Below the pieces are notes generated by a model. The model was not told the DNA's origin. It did not search any database and saw nothing but the letters and a program-made list of their open reading frames with translations. Source: an uncultured Gammaproteobacteria bacterium (GTDB taxonomy: Bacteria > Patescibacteriota > Patescibacteriia > UBA9934 > CAZDDW01). Taken from it: a stretch of DNA of 64,000 nucleotides. The position numbers and the translations under genes were made by a program. Position 1 is the first letter of the stretch. Every line of letters begins with the position of its first letter. Shown piece after piece: positions 58,564-64,000 of the stretch. The stretch spans positions 132,293 to 196,292 of the forward strand of contig CAZDDW010000001.1 in assembly GCA_964504365.1 (NCBI GenBank). The letters run 5' to 3'.

Positions 58564-60141
58564 ATGTCCAGTATTGTTCCAGTAACCCTATGTATTCTTG
58601 ATGGGTTTGGAATTGCTCCGGATTCTGAAGGGAACGCAATTACTCGCGCCAAGACTCCAAATCTAGATCAGTTGTTACAGCGTTATCCAGCCATGGCTTT
58701 GCGTGCTTCTGGTGAGGATGTTGGTTTGAGTTGGGGGGAGATGGGGAATTCTGAAGTTGGACACTTGGCCATTGGTTCTGGTCGAGTTTTTTATCAAATG
58801 CTGCCGCGGATTGATCGTGATATTAAACAGGGTCAATTTTTTAATAATCCAGCTTTGGTAAAGGCAATTGAGCATGCTAAAGAAAATAAAAGCGCTCTGC
58901 ACCTGGTCGGTTTGGTTAGTGAGGGGCTGATTCACTCGTCTGATGCACATGCTCACGCCTTGCTTGATCTAGCCAAAGAACACAAGTTTAAGAACGTGTA
59001 TGTACATGCGATTCTTGATGGGCGAGACACAAACAAAGACGCGGCAATCGATTTTGTGGCCAATTTGCAGGCCAAGATGAAAGATGTAAAGATTGGGAAG
59101 ATCGCAAGTTTATCCGGACGGTTTTACGCCATGGATCGTAACAAGAGCTGGGATCGGACCGAAGCTGCCTTTCGAGCAATGGTTGATGGACAAAGCGCAG
59201 TCACGTTTGACGATCCTGTTGAAGCGATTAAGGCGTCATATGCCAAAGAGGTCTTTGATGAGCAGTTTGTACCAACTGTAATAACACATCGCAAAAAGCC
59301 AGTTGCCAAGATCAAAGATAAGGACGCAGTTATATTTTTTAACTACAGACCGGACCGGGCACGGCAGTTAACCAAATCTTTTGTTTTGCCAGATTTCGAC
59401 AAGTTCCAGCGCAAGTATTTTCCAAATTTGTTTTTTACAACAATGGCTGAGTATGAAGAAGGTTTGCCGGTTGAGGTGGCCTTTCCTCCAGAGGTAATCA
59501 CTAATTCTCTGGGCGAGACCGTGGCCAATGCTGGATTGAAACAATTCCATATTTCTGAGACAGAGAAGTATGCACACGTAACCTTCTTTATAAACGGAAC
59601 ACATGAAGACCCATTTACTGGTGAAGAGCGGGCGATTGTTCACTCACCGCGGGTGGCTTCGTACGATGAAACGCCAGCAATGAGTACTAAGGAGGTGACA
59701 GATCGCGCGGTCAAGGAAATTAAGTCTGGAAAACATGATCTGACAATTATGAATCTGGCTAACCCTGATATGGTCGGACATACTGGAAATTTGAATGCAG
59801 CAATGAAAGCCGTTCAGGCAGCAGATACTTGTGTTGGTCGAATTGTTGAGGCAACTTTAAATCGTGGCGGAGTGACTATTGTTACTGCTGACCACGGGAA
59901 CGCTGAAGAGATGGTTAACCTGGCTACTGGCGAAGTTTCCAAAGTACACTCAACAAATCCAGTGCCATTATATTTGGTTGGTAAACAGTTTGAAGGGCAA
60001 CTGTCACCGTCTGGAGAAATTCCAAGTGGAGATTTGTCTTTGGTGCAACCGATCGGTCTGTTAGCTGATATTGCACCAACAGTTTTGTCTGCTATGGGAA
60101 TTGAAAAACCAGAAGGTATGATTGGCACAAGTTTGTTTTAA
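58564..60141 (+). CDS. gpmI: 2,3-bisphosphoglycerate-independent phosphoglycerate mutase
   Basis: start at MSSIVPVTLCILDGFG (the ORF-track N-terminal extension derives from the repeat); metal-binding motifs. Confidence 0.9.
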   Translation: MSSIVPVTLCILDGFGIAPDSEGNAITRAKTPNLDQLLQRYPAMALRASGEDVGLSWGEMGNSEVGHLAIGSGRVFYQMLPRIDRDIKQGQFFNNPALVKAIEHAKENKSALHLVGLVSEGLIHSSDAHAHALLDLAKEHKFKNVYVHAILDGRDTNKDAAIDFVANLQAKMKDVKIGKIASLSGRFYAMDRNKSWDRTEAAFRAMVDGQSAVTFDDPVEAIKASYAKEVFDEQFVPTVITHRKKPVAKIKDKDAVIFFNYRPDRARQLTKSFVLPDFDKFQRKYFPNLFFTTMAEYEEGLPVEVAFPPEVITNSLGETVANAGLKQFHISETEKYAHVTFFINGTHEDPFTGEERAIVHSPRVASYDETPAMSTKEVTDRAVKEIKSGKHDLTIMNLANPDMVGHTGNLNAAMKAVQAADTCVGRIVEATLNRGGVTIVTADHGNAEEMVNLATGEVSKVHSTNPVPLYLVGKQFEGQLSPSGEIPSGDLSLVQPIGLLADIAPTVLSAMGIEKPEGMIGTSLF

Positions 60142-60145
60142 AAAT

Positions 60146-60604
60146 ATGCCTAGCACAGAACAGAAATTTTACATATTCGGAGCGCGTTGGCTGATTTTTG
60201 TTTTGCTGGCAGCGGCAGTGACTGTTACACCAGAGATGTGGTTTTTTATTGCAGTGGCCGCATTAGGTACCTGGGGAATTACAGCAGTGATTCAACACTT
60301 TATAAATCGTCCACGCCCGTTCACTAAAAACCACCGTAAACCTTTGATTGATCTTTGGATTAAATCAAAGTCTTTTCCATCAGCCCATTCCTCAATTGCT
60401 TTTTCTATTGCAACCATGGTTTGGTTGGCTGAACCTGTTTGGGGAAGTATTTTCTTGATCGTTGCTGCGCTGGTTGGTTGGTCGCGAGTCAAAGTTGGCG
60501 TGCACTATATTTCTGATGTTATAGTTGGGGCCATTCTGGGGGCAGGTATTGCCTTATTGGTCCAACCTGTGTTACTAGTAATTCTGGGAGTGATACTTTT
60601 TTAA
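60146..60604 (+). CDS. PAP2-family phosphatase
   Basis: KX6RP (NRPRPF), PSAHS and SRx5Hx3D (SRVKVGVHYISD) motifs; 4 TM. Confidence 0.7.
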   Translation: MPSTEQKFYIFGARWLIFVLLAAAVTVTPEMWFFIAVAALGTWGITAVIQHFINRPRPFTKNHRKPLIDLWIKSKSFPSAHSSIAFSIATMVWLAEPVWGSIFLIVAALVGWSRVKVGVHYISDVIVGAILGAGIALLVQPVLLVILGVILF

Positions 60605-60607
60605 GCT

Positions 60608-61696
60608 ATGAAAGCAGTTATTTTAGCCGGTGGTGGGGGAACTAGGCTTTGGCCAATGAGTCGTAAAGACAAGCCAAAGCAATTTTTTAATTTGATTTCT
60701 GATGATCCTTTGATTCGCGATACTTATCGACGGTTGTTGCGCATCTTCGCGGTTGAGGATATTTACTTTGCTGTTTCACCACAGATCGTTCCTCTGATTA
60801 AAGAAGCTTTTCCTGAGGTTGAAGACGATCATATTATTGTTGAGCCAGCTAAGCGTGATACTGGTCCGGCCATGGGTTATGCCGCGGCCATCTTGGAACT
60901 ATCTTGTCCGGACGAGTCAATCATGTTCTTTCCATCTGATCATTGGATCAATGATAAGGATCAGGAAACGTATCTGCGCTGTTTCAAAGTAGCTGATCGT
61001 TTGATTCAGGAAACTGGTAAGTTGCTTGACATTGCTATTGCTCCATCGTTTCCGAGTACGGTTCTTGGATATACTCGAGTTGGTGATCAGCATGAAACGA
61101 TCGATGGAATTGAGGTGTACAAGTTTCGTGGCCATACTGAGAAACCGGATTTTGAAACTGCGAAAGGTTTTCTTGAGGAAGGGAGTTATCTTTGGCACGC
61201 TAACTACTACATGTGGACACCACGTAAGTTTGTGGCTGCGTTGGAAAAGCATGCACCGCTGATTGGCCAGGCCTTGCGTCAGATACAAAAGAAGTTGAAA
61301 GCAGGGGATCGCGCGGGGATTGATCAGATTTTTGCTGATGTACCTTCGATCTCAATTGATTATGCCATGACTGAGAAGTTAGACAATGAAGACATGTTGA
61401 TTATAAAGGGTGACTTTGGTTGGTCTGACATCGGGGCTTGGGACACGTTGCATGATCAACGAGTTGATACCGATGATGTTTCAAAGAACGTGACCAAGGG
61501 TCAGGTCATCGCAGTTGATTCAAATGATAATTTATTTTATGCTTCGCATGAGCGCGTGATCGCGGCTGCTGGTGTGTCGAACCTGGTTGTTGTTGATACT
61601 GGCGACGTGGTGCTGGTCTGCGACAAGAATCAGGCTCAACGCGTGAAAGAACTGATTACAGAAATTAAAACACAAGGTTTAGAACATCTTTTATGA
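60608..61696 (+). CDS. mannose-1-phosphate guanylyltransferase-like nucleotidyltransferase
   Basis: AVILAGGGGTRLWPMSR motif. Confidence 0.7.
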   Translation: MKAVILAGGGGTRLWPMSRKDKPKQFFNLISDDPLIRDTYRRLLRIFAVEDIYFAVSPQIVPLIKEAFPEVEDDHIIVEPAKRDTGPAMGYAAAILELSCPDESIMFFPSDHWINDKDQETYLRCFKVADRLIQETGKLLDIAIAPSFPSTVLGYTRVGDQHETIDGIEVYKFRGHTEKPDFETAKGFLEEGSYLWHANYYMWTPRKFVAALEKHAPLIGQALRQIQKKLKAGDRAGIDQIFADVPSISIDYAMTEKLDNEDMLIIKGDFGWSDIGAWDTLHDQRVDTDDVSKNVTKGQVIAVDSNDNLFYASHERVIAAAGVSNLVVVDTGDVVLVCDKNQAQRVKELITEIKTQGLEHLL

Positions 61697-62664
61697 AACA
61701 CAAGTCACGGATATTAGCCACACTTATCACCATATTCTTACTCCTTTTTGCTTTGACTGTTTGGGAACTGTTTTTGCGTCAGCCGGATCAGGAGACTGGT
61801 GTGGTTGAGGTAACGATTGAAAGCGGTTCGACTTTAGGTGAGGTGGCTGATTTGTTAAAAGATAAAAAAGTAATCGCTAGCACTTGGTTATTTGAGTGGT
61901 ATGCGCGAATTCGTGGAGTTGATCGTGATGTGGTTGCTGGTACGTTTTTCTTAAATCCAGAGCAGAGTATTCTTGATGCCATCCGTGCCGTGACTGAACC
62001 GCAATTGGCTGACGAGCGTCAGGTAACAATTCTGGAGGGCTGGAGCCTGCGTGAGATTGGGTCCTATTTAGTTGAGCAGGGTGTGATTGATAATGAAGAT
62101 GAACTTTACACGATTACTGGAAGCCCAGTACAGGCAAATAGTTACGAAGGGTATTTGTTTCCAAATACTTATCGTGTCTTTGCGGATGCAACTGCACAAG
62201 ACGTGGTCGATAAGATGCTGGCTAACTTTGAAGAGCAGGTAACTGATCAAATGCGAGCTGATATTACAGCTCAAGGAAAGACATTGGATCAGGTGATTAT
62301 TATGGCTTCGATTTTGGAGCGTGAGGCGCGTGGGGAAGAGGACATGGGCTTGGTTGCGGATATCTTTTGGCGACGTTGGGAAATCAATTGGGCTTTGCAA
62401 TCCTGTGCTTCTGTAAACTATATTACTGGCAAGAACGATCCAGCGATTACGTACGACGATCAGCAGATCGACTCGCTGTACAACACTTACAAATATCCAG
62501 GCTTGCCACCAGGCCCGATTTCCAATCCTGGCCTGCAAGCGATCGAAGCTGCGATATATCCAACAGCGAACGACTACTGGTACTTCCTGAATGACGAAGA
62601 AGGTACAACCCACTTCGCAACCACGAACGAAGAACACGCTGCGAACAAAACAGAACATCTATAA
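61693..62664 (+). CDS. mltG: endolytic murein transglycosylase MltG (YceG-like)
   Basis: N-terminal TM then YceG domain. Confidence 0.75.
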   Translation: MKHKSRILATLITIFLLLFALTVWELFLRQPDQETGVVEVTIESGSTLGEVADLLKDKKVIASTWLFEWYARIRGVDRDVVAGTFFLNPEQSILDAIRAVTEPQLADERQVTILEGWSLREIGSYLVEQGVIDNEDELYTITGSPVQANSYEGYLFPNTYRVFADATAQDVVDKMLANFEEQVTDQMRADITAQGKTLDQVIIMASILEREARGEEDMGLVADIFWRRWEINWALQSCASVNYITGKNDPAITYDDQQIDSLYNTYKYPGLPPGPISNPGLQAIEAAIYPTANDYWYFLNDEEGTTHFATTNEEHAANKTEHL

Positions 62665-62679
62665 CGAAAAGACAGGGGC

Positions 62680-62708
62680 TTGACCCTGTTTTTTAATTGC
62701 TGTAAGCT
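62680..62708 (+). promoter_or_regulatory. promoter TTGACC-17-TAAGCT overlapping the mltG terminator hairpin (62672-62695)
   Basis: hexamers and spacing; GGAGGG RBS and GTG start at 62742. Confidence 0.45.
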
Positions 62709-62741
62709 AATCAACCACAGCACATTCCAACGGAGGGAATT

Positions 62742-63899
62742 GTGAGAACATATCGAATCGAAGAGCAGACGCTGTTGACCAAGTATGGTGAGCACACGGC
62801 CAAGTATCAGGTCGTGTTGAACAATACGATTTACATCCTGGCCGAAGACTGGTTAGACATCGCCCGTGGCGCAGTGTTCATCTGGAACAAGCGCATGGGG
62901 ATTTACCAGATTTGGCGCGGTGGTTTGTTCGACGCAATTCGAGCCACCAAGCACGTGCAGGCTGGTTACGGTCTGGCTGATGGGCAGCATGACGAGTTCG
63001 GTGAGATCAATCAGCTCACCCTGGCTCGGGTTACTTTGGGTATGCTCCTGCGGCAGATTTGGGACTACGGCAATCTGACTGACCGGCAACGTGCCGAGTA
63101 CGCTGAGGATTGCATTGCTCTGGCTGAGGAGCTGGGGTTGGTTCGTGATGAAGACAAGGCCAAGGCCCGGGACCGTATTGCATTGGCCATCAGTGTGATC
63201 GATTCACTCGGTCGCTACAATCCGCCTTCCCGCGCACCCATGCTTTGGTCTTCGGCTGATCTGCTCAAGTATCGGCAGGAAACGATTCGTTTCATTGCCA
63301 AGTGGGTTGATGTTCGTCAGTTCGCCTTGTTGACCATGCTTGATGAGATTTACGAGACCGTGAATTTCGCCTATCACCAGATCGACAAACTGACTCTGCA
63401 AGATGAACAAGGGCGAGGCGGCAGGCATCAGATCATACAAATCGAAGATCTTGTCGAGCGACTTCAGGTGCCAATAGTTCTACCTTTCCGACATGGCTTT
63501 GCTCGTACGGCCACAGACCTAGATTCGGTGCGTGTATTGCTATCCAGAGAGCAGTTGAGTCCAGCTGAGAACCGGCAGATTGGCCGTCTTTACGACCGAT
63601 CACAGCGGGCCATGGCTTTGTACATGATCCGTCGTGACCTGGAGCCGATCATCTGGGGGTTGACTTCGGAGCTAGCCAGGCGTAAAGCCAATCGGCGTCC
63701 GAAAGTGCTCGACCAGGCCATGCGCGAGCTGGCCGCCTTCACCGACTACATTAGCTCTATTCAGAGCTTTGATCTGGCTTTCCGTAATCCAGTGCTGCCA
63801 CGTATGTACCGCCATCTCAGGGCTGTTACGCACAGCTATACACACGATGACTGGTCTGGTGTGCGCAAACACCTGCGCCGCGCTACAGTCATGTTCTGA
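62742..63899 (+). CDS. hypothetical protein; GC-rich insert
   Basis: 385-aa ORF, higher GC than flanks, own promoter and terminator. Confidence 0.4.
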   Translation: MRTYRIEEQTLLTKYGEHTAKYQVVLNNTIYILAEDWLDIARGAVFIWNKRMGIYQIWRGGLFDAIRATKHVQAGYGLADGQHDEFGEINQLTLARVTLGMLLRQIWDYGNLTDRQRAEYAEDCIALAEELGLVRDEDKAKARDRIALAISVIDSLGRYNPPSRAPMLWSSADLLKYRQETIRFIAKWVDVRQFALLTMLDEIYETVNFAYHQIDKLTLQDEQGRGGRHQIIQIEDLVERLQVPIVLPFRHGFARTATDLDSVRVLLSREQLSPAENRQIGRLYDRSQRAMALYMIRRDLEPIIWGLTSELARRKANRRPKVLDQAMRELAAFTDYISSIQSFDLAFRNPVLPRMYRHLRAVTHSYTHDDWSGVRKHLRRATVMF

Positions 63900-63905
63900 C
63901 TTCTA

Positions 63906-63932
63906 CGCGTCCTGAAACGGACGCTTTTTTAT
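63906..63932 (+). terminator. intrinsic terminator
   Basis: gcgtcc-tgaaac-ggacgc hairpin plus T6. Confidence 0.6.
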
Positions 63933-64000
63933 TTAAGAAAAGAACCCACCGAGTGTTGGTGGGTTAGCGGTTGCGACGGGCAGCGTCGAGTGGGGTGTGG

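Overview
This window looks like a low-GC (about 42-45%), gene-dense bacterial chromosome segment with CPR/Patescibacteria-like character: short genes and Lys-rich tails on GyrB, L31 and S2. The backbone is housekeeping, all read from translation and motifs: phosphohexomutase (3' partial), rseP, pheS-pheT, dnaE, thrS behind a T-box-like leader, miaB, miaA, gatB, tmk, a tandem ThyX-like protein, a minus-strand nucleotide-salvage operon (dCMP-deaminase fusion, P-loop kinase, CheD-like protein), rplA-rplK-nusG-secE, gyrB, rodA/ftsW, rplY, a frameshifted prmC, prfA, rpmE, queA, rpsB-tsf, gap, a metallophosphoesterase, pgk-eno-gpmI, a PAP2 phosphatase, a mannose-1-P guanylyltransferase and mltG. No rRNA, tRNA or CRISPR array was found. 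The sequence appears to contain several distinctly GC-richer (roughly 55-62% by eye) blocks of hypothetical genes set between the housekeeping genes. By eye, most look like self-contained modules with a near-consensus TTGAC(A)-17-TAnnnT promoter, an RBS and a hairpin/T-run terminator, and several promoters share an ATAAGCT(T/C)AT spacer motif. The standout is a 4 kb GC-rich minus-strand array (39.2-43.2 kb). It carries seven copies of a conserved ~40-bp imperfect palindrome (CCCATCACAGAACACGAT-N4-ATCATGTGCTCTGATGGG). Each copy lies 27-35 nt upstream of the start codon of a small unknown ORF, or of an empty or degenerate slot; one gene is frameshifted. This suggests a repeat-delimited gene-cassette or operator array, with no recombinase visible in the window. 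Its upstream side holds face-to-face consensus promoters, an attenuator-like hairpin, and a ~500-nt promoter-to-terminator unit with no long ORF. Two further repeat families are present: a 48-bp C6-loop-G6 hairpin element (2 copies) and AATAACC/CAGACAAC-unit palindromic MITE/REP-like elements (4 copies) that supply the last codons and stops of miaA and eno and an in-frame 8-nt-unit expansion inside miaA.
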